IMG/VR virus record: IMGVR_UViG_3300032288_004964
Coordinates: 1 to 64,000 of that record
Reading direction: 5' to 3' (one strand)
DNA: 64,000 nucleotides
In this document: piece by piece, positions 10,992 through 20,853 of the stretch
How positions within the stretch are numbered: position 1 is the stretch's first letter
Layout: each line of letters opens with the position of its first letter
The notes under the pieces: generated by a model
Told to the model about the DNA's origin: nothing
What the model saw: the letters and a program-made list of their open reading frames with translations, nothing else
Database searches by the model: none
Made by a program: the position numbers and the translations under genes

Positions 10992-13900
10992 ATGGCTTAT
11001 ATAATTAATAACAGTGATGGTTTTAGGTTTAATTCTGGAACAGGTCCAGGAATAATTTATCTTGGGGGTGTTACAATTTCATCAAGTAATGATGCTATAG
11101 CTATTAGTAAATTAGATTTAGGTACCGAGAATAATCCATTTATTCTATCAGCATCTGGAAGTAGTATTTATGTAAATAATAGCGTTTTTTCATCTTTTGA
11201 TAGTAAGACAATTTTAGTTGCCTCGGATGGTGCTGATTTTACATCAGTTAAAACAGCTATAGAAAGTATAACAGATGCTACTGCTTCTAATGTTTATACT
11301 GTTAGAGTAAGATCTGGTATTTACTATGAACAACCATTTACTATTCCTTCTTATGTTGCTTTAGTTGGTGAGAGTTCAATTTCAACAATTATACAAGCTA
11401 CCTTTTCCGATCAGACTTTAGTAACATTGTCAGATCAGTCTGGTATTTTTGATGTTCAGATACAAGGATGTACTGATACTGGGGCTGCTGCTGTTGTTTA
11501 TTCTTCTGCTACTACACCACAGACCAATGCTATTGCATATGTTGAAAATGTTAGGTTTGGTCAGAATTACACACATGCTAAGGTTATAGGTACTGGAAGT
11601 AATGGAAACTGTATTATGCAGTGTTCTAATATAAAATATGGTGGATATTCATTTACCTTAGGTTTTCATGCTACAAATGCTGGAACTGGTATCGGTAGAA
11701 TGCAATTAAGAAATGTTACCTCAACTAATGGTGGTATTACAACAACAACAGGATTAGTATTTGCAAAGGCTGATGCAAGTGGTTGCGGATTTATAGTTAA
11801 TGGATGTTTATTAACTAAGTCTGCTGGTGCTGCTGCTGGTACTGGTTTTCAAGTTGAAAATGGTGGATTTTTAAGATTAACTGGTGTTAATTTTCAAAGA
11901 TGGGCAACTGCTATTTATGCACCGAATGATTCGGGTTCTCCTAGTATTGATGCTATTGCTCTTAATTTTGAAAACAATACAATTGATATACAAATAGATA
12001 ATACAAAGGCAACTGGTAAAATACAAGGAGCAGATTCATATACAAAAACAATAATTAGCGCGACCTCATCATTGTATGTCGTTAATAAGGATCCTAAAAG
12101 AATTCAAGTTGCTAAGAAAGGTGGTGATTTTTCTAGTGTTGCATCCGCAGTTAATTCCTTAAGTAATACATCTGAATCAAATAGATATGTTATTGAAGTG
12201 GGACCAGGTGTATTTTATGAGGGTTTAATAGACCTTTCTACCAAGCCTTATGTGAGTATTGTTGGATCTAATATTCAAACAACTCAAATAGTTGCATCAT
12301 ATTCTAATCATAATTTGATAAAAATGGGATTAGCTAATGAAGTATCATTTCTTTCCCTTAATGATGTTGGTTCTGGATATGCTGCCATTATAGCTGATGA
12401 TAGTGGAGATTTCTCGCAGGTACATAAGTTATCATTTTATAATTGTGATATTGGTATAAAAGTTCTATCAGCATCTCAAGATACTTTATTTTATGGTGAA
12501 TATGTTGATTTTAATGGATCCTATTCAAGAGCAGTAGTATTGGATTCACAATCTAGTGGTTACAGAGCTTTTGCTAATATTGAAAATTTTTATTGTTTTC
12601 CGAGTGCAACTGGAAGTAGAGCAGTTGAGGTTCTTAATCCACTTGCTGAAGTAAATATTGCCGCTGCTTCGATTCAAGGAGCTGGAAATGACATAGGTAT
12701 CTATGGTGAAAATGGTGCTATATTAAATGTTACCTCGATGGATATATTAGCTTATGAAACTGGATTATATATTGAAAATGCTGGGACATTCTCAAGCTTT
12801 GACTTTAATGCTGTTACAATTGACGATACTACAACAGTGCCTATTAATGTTCAACATCCTTATACTAAAGGTCTTTTTCAGGGATCATTGAATGATCACA
12901 CAACAATAGTAAATAATTCGGAATCTGTATATTGGCAATTTTTAGATCGATTGGACGGTGAGATTAATATCACAAGAAAAGGATCTGTTACATTTGTTGA
13001 TGGTACTACTACTGACTTTACCGCTTTACTTTTTGAGTCAGCTCCTATGGGTATTCTATCCGGTGGTGAGATATCTATTTCATCTGGTTTAACAGTTAGT
13101 ATATCCTCAGGGTATGGATATTTGGAAAATACAACAGGTGATGTTTATCAAAGAATTGATTGGTCAACTAGTCTTTATCAGTTACCTGATAATAGTTCTT
13201 CATATATTTATATTAATGAAAATAGTAATATTGTAGATAATACTTCTCTACCAAGTATTACTAATAATATAGTATTAGGTCGTGTAGTGACATTAAATGG
13301 TGGAATTTTATTTATTGAAAACACCAGAGTTGATAGTAAACACTCTAGTAATAAATTGAATCTTTTTAATAGAAGAGCTTTTGGTTCTATTTATGAATCA
13401 GGATCTATTGTTACCGAAGGTTCTTTCTCACAAACCCTAAATGTTACTTCAGGTTCATATTGGTTTGGTAATGCTAATTTTGCTCCTACTGGTGGATCGG
13501 GTATTACATTCTCACAATTCTATAGAGATGGTTCTGGGGGATGGATTATTTCATCAACTACTGGAGTTACCGGTAGATATGATGATGGATCTGGATCTTT
13601 AGTTGCTATGACAACTGGGTACTATACTAAACATACTCTCTATGTTGTTGGTGAGGGTTTTGATGAAAAATACTTATTAGTTGTCGGTCAATCCGAATAT
13701 GCAAATCTAGTAGATGCTGAGGCTAGCGCTCTCTCCACGCCACCATCATATATTGACGGTGCTGTAGTTTCTATAGCTGCTATTTATATGCAACAAGGTG
13801 GAACAGGAATATTACAAATAGAGGACATAAAACCTGTTCTTGGATTTAAATCATCAGGTGTTAATGCTTCCTCTGATCACGGTAATCTTTTAGGTTTAGC

Positions 13901-14909
13901 AGATGATGATCATCCACAATATCTTTTAGCAGATGGTACAAGGTCTATGACTAATAATTTAGTAATGGGTTCTAATTCTATAACTGGAGTTCTTCAAGTA
14001 AATGGAGTAACTATTGAATCACATGCTTCAAGACATTTACCAAATGGTTCAGATCCTTTAACTACTGGTGTCCCATACTCAATAGGTACAGTTAGTTCTG
14101 AAGGTATATTAAATGCGTTTGCTAGACAAGATCATATTCATGCTCATGATGACCAACCGGGTGGTTCACTACATTCCGTTGCTACTACTGACTCAAATGG
14201 ATTTATGTCATCTACTGATAAGACAACTTTTGATGCAATTCCAACAACTTATGTAAATAAATCCGGTGATACGATGACTGGTGGGCTAACTATGTCTGGT
14301 GGTTTAGTAATGAACTCATATTCTATATTTAGTGTATTAAAAGTAAATGGAGTTGTTGTTGAATCACATGCTTCAAGACATCTACCTGGTGGTCTGGATG
14401 CCTTAACTACTGGCACTCCATCATCAATAGGTACTGCTAGTTCTGAAGGTTCGGTAAATGCCTTTGCTAGACAGGACCATATTCATGCTCATGATAATCA
14501 ACCAGGTGGTTCACTACATTCCGTTGCTACCACTGACTTAAATGGGTTTATGTCATCTACTGATAAGACAACTTTCGATGCAATTCCAACAACTTATGTA
14601 AAGATTAGTGATGGTTTTTATAGCATAGTTAGTGTAACTACAACTACATATAATGCTGCTCAAACAACTGGTAATCCAGTTTTATTAGTTAATACAGTAA
14701 CTGCCGGTGGTAGTGTTACTATTAATCTACCAACTGCTGTAAGTAACAAGGCTATTTTTACTATTAAAAAAATAGATTCTGGCGCGTCTAGTGTAGTTAT
14801 TGATGGAAATTCAACACAAACAATTGATGGATCATTGACGGCTACAATTACTGTTCCATATACCTCAATAACTTTAGTTTCTGATAATTCTAATTGGTAT
14901 ATAATATAA
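10992..14909 (+). CDS. Tail fibre/tailspike-like protein with pectin-lyase-type beta-helix modules and His-rich repeats
   Basis: Two pectinesterase-like caps (VASDGADFTSVKTAI; VAKKGGDFSSVASAV), DHGNLLGLADDDHPQYL, HASRH/DHIHAH motifs, and a fibre-type C-terminal domain (TINLP...IKKID...IDG...W). Confidence 0.7.
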   Translation: MAYIINNSDGFRFNSGTGPGIIYLGGVTISSSNDAIAISKLDLGTENNPFILSASGSSIYVNNSVFSSFDSKTILVASDGADFTSVKTAIESITDATASNVYTVRVRSGIYYEQPFTIPSYVALVGESSISTIIQATFSDQTLVTLSDQSGIFDVQIQGCTDTGAAAVVYSSATTPQTNAIAYVENVRFGQNYTHAKVIGTGSNGNCIMQCSNIKYGGYSFTLGFHATNAGTGIGRMQLRNVTSTNGGITTTTGLVFAKADASGCGFIVNGCLLTKSAGAAAGTGFQVENGGFLRLTGVNFQRWATAIYAPNDSGSPSIDAIALNFENNTIDIQIDNTKATGKIQGADSYTKTIISATSSLYVVNKDPKRIQVAKKGGDFSSVASAVNSLSNTSESNRYVIEVGPGVFYEGLIDLSTKPYVSIVGSNIQTTQIVASYSNHNLIKMGLANEVSFLSLNDVGSGYAAIIADDSGDFSQVHKLSFYNCDIGIKVLSASQDTLFYGEYVDFNGSYSRAVVLDSQSSGYRAFANIENFYCFPSATGSRAVEVLNPLAEVNIAAASIQGAGNDIGIYGENGAILNVTSMDILAYETGLYIENAGTFSSFDFNAVTIDDTTTVPINVQHPYTKGLFQGSLNDHTTIVNNSESVYWQFLDRLDGEINITRKGSVTFVDGTTTDFTALLFESAPMGILSGGEISISSGLTVSISSGYGYLENTTGDVYQRIDWSTSLYQLPDNSSSYIYINENSNIVDNTSLPSITNNIVLGRVVTLNGGILFIENTRVDSKHSSNKLNLFNRRAFGSIYESGSIVTEGSFSQTLNVTSGSYWFGNANFAPTGGSGITFSQFYRDGSGGWIISSTTGVTGRYDDGSGSLVAMTTGYYTKHTLYVVGEGFDEKYLLVVGQSEYANLVDAEASALSTPPSYIDGAVVSIAAIYMQQGGTGILQIEDIKPVLGFKSSGVNASSDHGNLLGLADDDHPQYLLADGTRSMTNNLVMGSNSITGVLQVNGVTIESHASRHLPNGSDPLTTGVPYSIGTVSSEGILNAFARQDHIHAHDDQPGGSLHSVATTDSNGFMSSTDKTTFDAIPTTYVNKSGDTMTGGLTMSGGLVMNSYSIFSVLKVNGVVVESHASRHLPGGLDALTTGTPSSIGTASSEGSVNAFARQDHIHAHDNQPGGSLHSVATTDLNGFMSSTDKTTFDAIPTTYVKISDGFYSIVSVTTTTYNAAQTTGNPVLLVNTVTAGGSVTINLPTAVSNKAIFTIKKIDSGASSVVIDGNSTQTIDGSLTATITVPYTSITLVSDNSNWYII
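13998..14600 (+). repeat. Internal duplication of ~86 aa at 345-bp spacing
   Basis: VNGV..ESHASRHLP.G...DKTTFDAIPTTYV occurs at 13998 and 14343. Confidence 0.95.
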
Positions 14910-14927
14910 AAATAAAATAAATAGAAT

Positions 14928-15383
14928 ATGGCATATAATCCTAATAATCCAAATGGTCAAGCAACAATGGCGAATAGTGCCCCGGTTACTATAGCTTCTG
15001 ACCAACCAACACCTTCTCCGCATAATATTACACAGACTCAGGTTCATAAAGATGGTGTCTATACAAATACACAGACTTCAACTTCTATATGGGCTCCTGC
15101 TTCTGGTAAAAAATTTGTAATAACTGATATAACAGTTACTAGTGGTGGTACAGTTGCTGGTGTTGTTACTATATATGATGCGGCTTCTGCTACTGCTTAT
15201 GTGGCTGGTACACATCCCGCTATATTCAGAGGTGAATTTGCCCCAACAACAACATCAAGACCTGGTGTTGTTAAAAGCTTTGTTAATCCTTATGTGTCAA
15301 CAACTGCTAATAATAACGTATTGGTGACAACATCTGCGGCAATTAACCCCTTATATATACAAATAAATGGATATGAGATATAA
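14928..15383 (+). CDS. Hypothetical virion structural protein
   Basis: Thr/Ala-rich beta-type ORF in the fibre operon. Confidence 0.6.
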   Translation: MAYNPNNPNGQATMANSAPVTIASDQPTPSPHNITQTQVHKDGVYTNTQTSTSIWAPASGKKFVITDITVTSGGTVAGVVTIYDAASATAYVAGTHPAIFRGEFAPTTTSRPGVVKSFVNPYVSTTANNNVLVTTSAAINPLYIQINGYEI

Positions 15384-15386
15384 TAT

Positions 15387-16094
15387 ATGGCACTAGCATT
15401 TACACAATTGGCAGTTGGATTAGCATCCACAACTAACGGAACAGGAGCATATACAGCAACTGCCGGAACGCCGGTCGCTGGTGATTTACTTATATGTTTT
15501 GTGTTATGTAGTGGTAATTCAACGGTCGGTACTTTAACTGGTGGTGGTTGGACATGGACAAGATTGACTACATTTACAAAAACTGGTGGTGCTGATATTG
15601 CATCTATATGGTATGCTTATGCAAGTTCTAATACCTCTACCGCTCCATCATATACTCCTTCTTCTGCAGCAAGTGGTTGTTTAATTCATTGTGTTAGAAT
15701 AACAGGTGGTGAAGGAAAACTTCAACCTTATATAAGACAATTTGCTACTAATAGTGGAACTGGTGCTAATCCTACAGTTGTTTTCTCAACAGCTCCTTTA
15801 ACTGGTAATGGTATATTAGCGTGGGCTTCAAATGCTACTAATAGTACTACTCAATGGACAGCACCGACTGGATTGACTGAGATAGCTGAATTGGCATTTA
15901 ATAATCCAGCTAACTCATTAGAGATAGCAAGAGCTATATCTGGTGTTACAGCGACTACATTAACTTGGACTAATGCTCAGGTTACTGCATGGGTTACATA
16001 TGCTATTGAGCTTTATAATGCAGGAACTGGACCAACTAGTACTACTGATATAAATAGTGGTGATGGTTTCTTTGGATTGGTAAATACAATATAA
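15387..16094 (+). CDS. Hypothetical virion structural protein
   Basis: Thr/Ala/Gly-rich with a GDLLI motif, in the fibre operon. Confidence 0.6.
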   Translation: MALAFTQLAVGLASTTNGTGAYTATAGTPVAGDLLICFVLCSGNSTVGTLTGGGWTWTRLTTFTKTGGADIASIWYAYASSNTSTAPSYTPSSAASGCLIHCVRITGGEGKLQPYIRQFATNSGTGANPTVVFSTAPLTGNGILAWASNATNSTTQWTAPTGLTEIAELAFNNPANSLEIARAISGVTATTLTWTNAQVTAWVTYAIELYNAGTGPTSTTDINSGDGFFGLVNTI

Positions 16095-16109
16095 AAAAAT
16101 TATATAAAA

Positions 16110-16310
16110 ATGAAGACAAGAGTAATAGAACTGGTAGAAAAACAAACCGTTGATGGAAATATTAATCTAATTGCAGAGTGTAATGATTATGAAAATGGTG
16201 AAAGAACTCAACAACTTTCTAGATCGCCATTTACATTTACATCTACAATGACTGACGACGAGATTAAGTTATCTATTCAATCTAATCAATATTCAATTTA
16301 TTTTAGTTAA
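16110..16310 (+). CDS. Small hypothetical protein
   Basis: 66-aa ORF filling the gap, with an A-rich leader. Confidence 0.6.
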   Translation: MKTRVIELVEKQTVDGNINLIAECNDYENGERTQQLSRSPFTFTSTMTDDEIKLSIQSNQYSIYFS

Positions 16311-16339
16311 ACTTTTATTATATCATAGATATAATATAC

Positions 16340-17224
16340 ATGGATAAATTTGCAATATTTCATCTCGAGGGTGGGTTAGGAAAACATGTTGCTGCTACCG
16401 CAGTTGCTGAATGTATAAAGAATAATTACCCAGATAGAAAACTTTTAGTTGTTTGTGCTTATCCAGAAGTTTTTTTAAATCTAAAGTTTATTGATAGAGT
16501 ATATAAAATAGGAATGACTCCTTATTTTTATAATGATTATATTGATGGTAAAGATTCATTGATATTTAAACACGAACCTTACTTTACAACAGAACACATA
16601 CATAAAACACTACCTTTAATAGAAAATTGGTGTAAACTTTATAATCTTAATTATAGTGGTGAAATGCCTTCTTTAGTTTTTAATGCAAAGCAAAAACAAT
16701 TAGGTATTAATAGATGGAAAAGAGATAGACCAATAATGGTTATTCAAACTAATGGTGGTCCACTAACAAATCAGCCTTATATTAACTCTTGGACAAGAGA
16801 TATTCCAATTTACTTATCTGAGATAATAGTAAATCACTATAGAAATGATTATCATATTATTCAGATTTGTAGAGCAGGATCTGTAGCTATGCAAGGAGTT
16901 GAAGTTGTGTCAGATAGTATGTCTAATATGGAGTTATTTTCTCTATTATTAGTTTCTCAAAAAAGAATTTTAATAGATTCTTGCTTACAACATGCTGCTA
17001 CTGCTCTTGGATTATCTTCGGTTGTTCTTTGGGTTGGTACCTCCCCTAAAGTTTTTGGATATAATCTTCATAGAAATATTGTAGCTAATCTTCCAAATGA
17101 TATTGTGAAATTACCAGATAGTTATCTATTTGATTATAGTTTTGAAGGTATTTTACATGAATATCCTTCATTAGAATCAGAAGTTTTTGATCCTAATGTA
17201 GTGATACAACAAATTAATTTATAA
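16340..17224 (+). CDS. GT-B fold glycosyltransferase, GT9 (heptosyltransferase)-like
   Basis: EGGLGKHVAATAV near the N-terminus; IDSCLQHAATALGLSSVVLW..T.P..FGY is the GT9 C-terminal signature. Confidence 0.75.
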   Translation: MDKFAIFHLEGGLGKHVAATAVAECIKNNYPDRKLLVVCAYPEVFLNLKFIDRVYKIGMTPYFYNDYIDGKDSLIFKHEPYFTTEHIHKTLPLIENWCKLYNLNYSGEMPSLVFNAKQKQLGINRWKRDRPIMVIQTNGGPLTNQPYINSWTRDIPIYLSEIIVNHYRNDYHIIQICRAGSVAMQGVEVVSDSMSNMELFSLLLVSQKRILIDSCLQHAATALGLSSVVLWVGTSPKVFGYNLHRNIVANLPNDIVKLPDSYLFDYSFEGILHEYPSLESEVFDPNVVIQQINL

Positions 17225-17227
17225 TAT

Positions 17228-18046
17228 ATGCCAAAGAAAATATTCTTTCAAAGTTCCTTGCCTAGATCAGGATCAACTCTTTTACAAAATATAATGGGTC
17301 AAAATCCAGATTTTTATGTAACACCAACTAGTGGTGTATTAGAACTTGTTTATGCTGCTAGAAATAATTACACAAATTCACCTGAGTTCAAAGCACAAGA
17401 TTCAGAACTTATGAAAAATGGTTTTGTTAATTTTTGTAATTCGGGTATTAACGGATTCTTTAATGCTATAACTGATAAACCTTATGTTATTGATAAAAGT
17501 AGAGGATGGGGAGTTCATTATCAATTTTTAAATTCATTTTATCCAGATCCAAAGATTATTTGTATGGTTAGAGATTTAAGAGGTATTTTTGCTTCAATGG
17601 AAAAAAACTTTAGAAAGAATCAGCATCTTGATTCTGGTATTGTTAATCATGCTCAAATGACAGGAACAACAACAGAAAAAAGAATTGATATTTGGGTAGC
17701 AGGTCAACCGGTTGGTATTTCTATAGAAAGATTATATCAAGTTTTTAGAGAAGGTATAAATCAAAAAATGTTGTTTATTAGATTTGAAGATTTAACATCA
17801 AATCCACAGAAGGAAATAGAAAGAATTTATGAATATTTAGAGGTTAATCCATTCAAACATGACTTCAATAATGTTCAACAAATAACAGTAGAAGATGACT
17901 CAGTTTATGGTATTTATGGAGACCATAGTATAAAAAGTAAAATAGAACCTCTTAAAAATGATTATAAAGAAATTTTAGGACAAGGAGCTTGTGATTGGAT
18001 TAAAAATAATTACAAATGGTTCTATGATGAATTTAAATATTATTAA
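17228..18046 (+). CDS. Sulfotransferase (PAPS-dependent)
   Basis: 5'-PSB loop LPRSGSTLL, DKSRGW, 3'-PB motif MVRDLRGIFAS, RFEDL. Confidence 0.9.
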   Translation: MPKKIFFQSSLPRSGSTLLQNIMGQNPDFYVTPTSGVLELVYAARNNYTNSPEFKAQDSELMKNGFVNFCNSGINGFFNAITDKPYVIDKSRGWGVHYQFLNSFYPDPKIICMVRDLRGIFASMEKNFRKNQHLDSGIVNHAQMTGTTTEKRIDIWVAGQPVGISIERLYQVFREGINQKMLFIRFEDLTSNPQKEIERIYEYLEVNPFKHDFNNVQQITVEDDSVYGIYGDHSIKSKIEPLKNDYKEILGQGACDWIKNNYKWFYDEFKYY

Positions 18047-18047
18047 T

Positions 18048-18076
18048 AAAAAACCCACTCTAAAGTGGGTTTTTTT
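18048..18076. terminator. Bidirectional intrinsic terminator
   Basis: A6-CCCACT-ctaa-AGTGGG-T7 between convergent genes. Confidence 0.85.
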
Positions 18077-19217
18077 CTATTATATCTTTAATTTTTTCTA
18101 TTACCATTTCACCAGTTATTGACTTACTACATTCAAATTGTTTATCAGCTCCTTTATTAACAGGACACCAATTCCAATCACCAGCATCTAATCTATAATC
18201 ATTAAAACATCCAGTGCATTTGCCTTTAGGTGTTTCTATTCTAATTGTATTTTTAATTGTTTCTGTATATGTGTAACTAAATCCAGATATAATACAAGTT
18301 GTTGTTCCGGTTGCCCAACTTAACCAACTCAATCCAGATCCTATTCCAATAAATAATTTACTTTTCTGAAGAACCTTTATTACTTCTTCTATACTTCCAT
18401 TAGGGTGTTTCTCGATTCCTTCTGGATGTTCATTACCCATATATCCATCTTCCTCTCTCGAAATTAAAATAACTCTCCATCCTTTAGATTTTAGGTAATC
18501 AACCACTTCTTGCCAACCTTTTTCATTATTCCAATATTTTGACTGAGCCGTTCCATGAATAGCAATGCTTACTATATTTTCTTTTTGTATAGAACTATTC
18601 ATTGTTATTTTTGGTCTTATTTCCTTATGATCTAGTCCTAATATATCACTAGCTGTTTGTTGAAGTGGTCTTAATCTGAAGTTATTAGGATTATTGTTGA
18701 AATTAAAATCACCATCTTCATAATACCATCCAATATTATATTGAGCTGTTATATTATTTGCTGGAAGACCTCTTGGTATGAACTCTATTTCTGGATATTC
18801 ATTTTGGAATAAATTATTCCAAAATGTAGAACAGATAACATGACAATTATGTTTTTTTCTAAATTCATCTACATAAGGAATCCAAGCTAAATTATCACCT
18901 AAAGAAGATGAATCAAAGCATATAAAAACTCTTTTACCTTTTAAATCTAAATCTATATTATAGACTTCCTCTCCTTTGTTTTTATTTATAGATATTGACC
19001 AATCAATAAAATAAGACTTACTGGCTTTTATCCAGTGGTTCTCTGTGATTTTACCCATGTGATGTAATCTTCCTGTCTTTTTATCCTTAAATGAGACTTC
19101 AAATTCATCACCTGGTGAGTTTAATATTTCTACAAAAGGTCCTCTTATGTAGTTAACATTTATTATAGGATCTTTTTTTCTTATTATATTTGTATTTCTT
19201 ACTAAATTATTATACAT
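18060..19217 (-). CDS. Autotransporter strand-loop-strand O-heptosyltransferase (TibC/AAH, BAHT family)-like protein glycosyltransferase
   Basis: SSSLGDNLAWIPY catalytic motif, PLQQTASDILGL, TAQSKYWNN..GW, FIGIGSGLSWLSWA, and a C-terminal 4-Cys Fe site CTGC-x13-C-x11-C. Confidence 0.85.
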   Translation of the reverse strand: MYNNLVRNTNIIRKKDPIINVNYIRGPFVEILNSPGDEFEVSFKDKKTGRLHHMGKITENHWIKASKSYFIDWSISINKNKGEEVYNIDLDLKGKRVFICFDSSSLGDNLAWIPYVDEFRKKHNCHVICSTFWNNLFQNEYPEIEFIPRGLPANNITAQYNIGWYYEDGDFNFNNNPNNFRLRPLQQTASDILGLDHKEIRPKITMNSSIQKENIVSIAIHGTAQSKYWNNEKGWQEVVDYLKSKGWRVILISREEDGYMGNEHPEGIEKHPNGSIEEVIKVLQKSKLFIGIGSGLSWLSWATGTTTCIISGFSYTYTETIKNTIRIETPKGKCTGCFNDYRLDAGDWNWCPVNKGADKQFECSKSITGEMVIEKIKDIIEKNPL

Positions 19218-19218
19218 A

Positions 19219-20853
19219 TTATTCTTTTGATTTTGAAAATTGAAGAAGACCTTCTTGATTAACTTTATTATCCTGTTTTAGAGATTCAAATGATATTTTA
19301 TAAATATTTAAATTTTTAGAATCTAAATGTTTTTTTAATTTATCTTCCAAAGTATTATAAGGTTCTAATGTATAATAATCCTCTCTACTTTCGAAATGAT
19401 TAAAAAATGATAAAGAATGTTCTATTTTTGATGATAAGAACCCAGAACAGTAACCATCATATTCATTTTTTTCATATTTATAAATAATAATATCAAAATT
19501 ATCTAAAAGCCTAGAATTATCATTAAGTACTTTATTAGATATTTGATAATCATAATTTATTATATGCACTTTTTTATATCCAAGTCTTTCTATAAAATTC
19601 AATCCATCTTTTATTAAAGAATAAGCAGCATATCCGTGTTCAAATTCAAATGGAGTTGTTGTTTTATTTCCATTGATATCTATGCGCCAATAATTATAAT
19701 TTACATTATATTTTTTAAATTCCTCTTTATATAATAAGGGATTATTTTTATTATAAATATAATAATCACATAATAATTGATTTTCCTCACTTACCGGATA
19801 GTTTGTCGATAAGACAACTGGTAGACTAATAGAACTTAAGCATTCGTTTAGTAGATTTTTTCTATAATTTGTATTAGCATGCGCGACAACTAAACAAATT
19901 GAATCACTTTCAGATTTTATTTCAAAGTGTTCTAATATCAAATTTTTATTAACCAAAACATTATCTGTTATATATTTAGCTTCTTTATATTTAGGGTAAG
20001 TTTCTAAGTCTTTAATAAAAATTGGAAGACTATAACTAAGGGCCTCTTTTATAGAGATTGGATTAAGTTCCCATAGTGATGGAAAATAAAATAAGTCACT
20101 AGCCATATAAAATTTATCAACATCATTTCTCTCACCATGTATTATACAGTTTTCTGGTAAATTAACCATTAAAGGTTCCCAATAATCTTTGAAATTAATA
20201 GCTTGATTTCCTACAAAATGAAATTTAATTTTTTCATTTGAACAAAGTCTCGCCAATTCTATTATATGTTTTTGATTTTTACCAGGTGTGAATAAGCCGA
20301 CATTTAAAATATGTTTATATTCTTTATCAAATCCTAATTCCTCTTTAGCCTTATCCTTATCATAATCAATTTTTATAATAGGATATTCCCATATATCACA
20401 AGGAATACTTCCTTGAAATACTTTATCAAATACGCCTTTACTCCATTCTGAGACTAAAATAAATTTATCAGCAGTATATTTAATATTTTCTGGTTTAGTA
20501 TTAGATGAATGTGTTGTTGCTAAAATATAATAATTTCTACTCTCATCATATACCTCTTTTAAGATAGCATCATCTACAAAAGTATCTGGTATTTCCTCAA
20601 AGTGTATTATATCAGGATTTATATTTTTAATAATTTCCAACAGATATTTTTTATCATCTGATAATCCAAAAAATTTATTACCTAATAGATTTTTAATTTG
20701 ATTTCTTTGAACCACATAAGCATCTCCGTAGTAGGTATATTCAACACAATAAATATCAAAATCATTTATAAATGATTTAATCTTTTCTAATAAGTATTGT
20801 GGTTGACCACCGGTTGATAAGTGTGGTGTTATGAATAACAGTTTTCTTTTCAT
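19219..20853 (-). CDS. GT4 glycosyltransferase with an additional C-terminal domain
   Basis: TPHLSTGGQPQYL; NVGLFTPGKNQ; FYFPSLWELNPISIKEALSY (EX7E). Confidence 0.85.
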   Translation of the reverse strand: MKRKLLFITPHLSTGGQPQYLLEKIKSFINDFDIYCVEYTYYGDAYVVQRNQIKNLLGNKFFGLSDDKKYLLEIIKNINPDIIHFEEIPDTFVDDAILKEVYDESRNYYILATTHSSNTKPENIKYTADKFILVSEWSKGVFDKVFQGSIPCDIWEYPIIKIDYDKDKAKEELGFDKEYKHILNVGLFTPGKNQKHIIELARLCSNEKIKFHFVGNQAINFKDYWEPLMVNLPENCIIHGERNDVDKFYMASDLFYFPSLWELNPISIKEALSYSLPIFIKDLETYPKYKEAKYITDNVLVNKNLILEHFEIKSESDSICLVVAHANTNYRKNLLNECLSSISLPVVLSTNYPVSEENQLLCDYYIYNKNNPLLYKEEFKKYNVNYNYWRIDINGNKTTTPFEFEHGYAAYSLIKDGLNFIERLGYKKVHIINYDYQISNKVLNDNSRLLDNFDIIIYKYEKNEYDGYCSGFLSSKIEHSLSFFNHFESREDYYTLEPYNTLEDKLKKHLDSKNLNIYKISFESLKQDNKVNQEGLLQFSKSKE

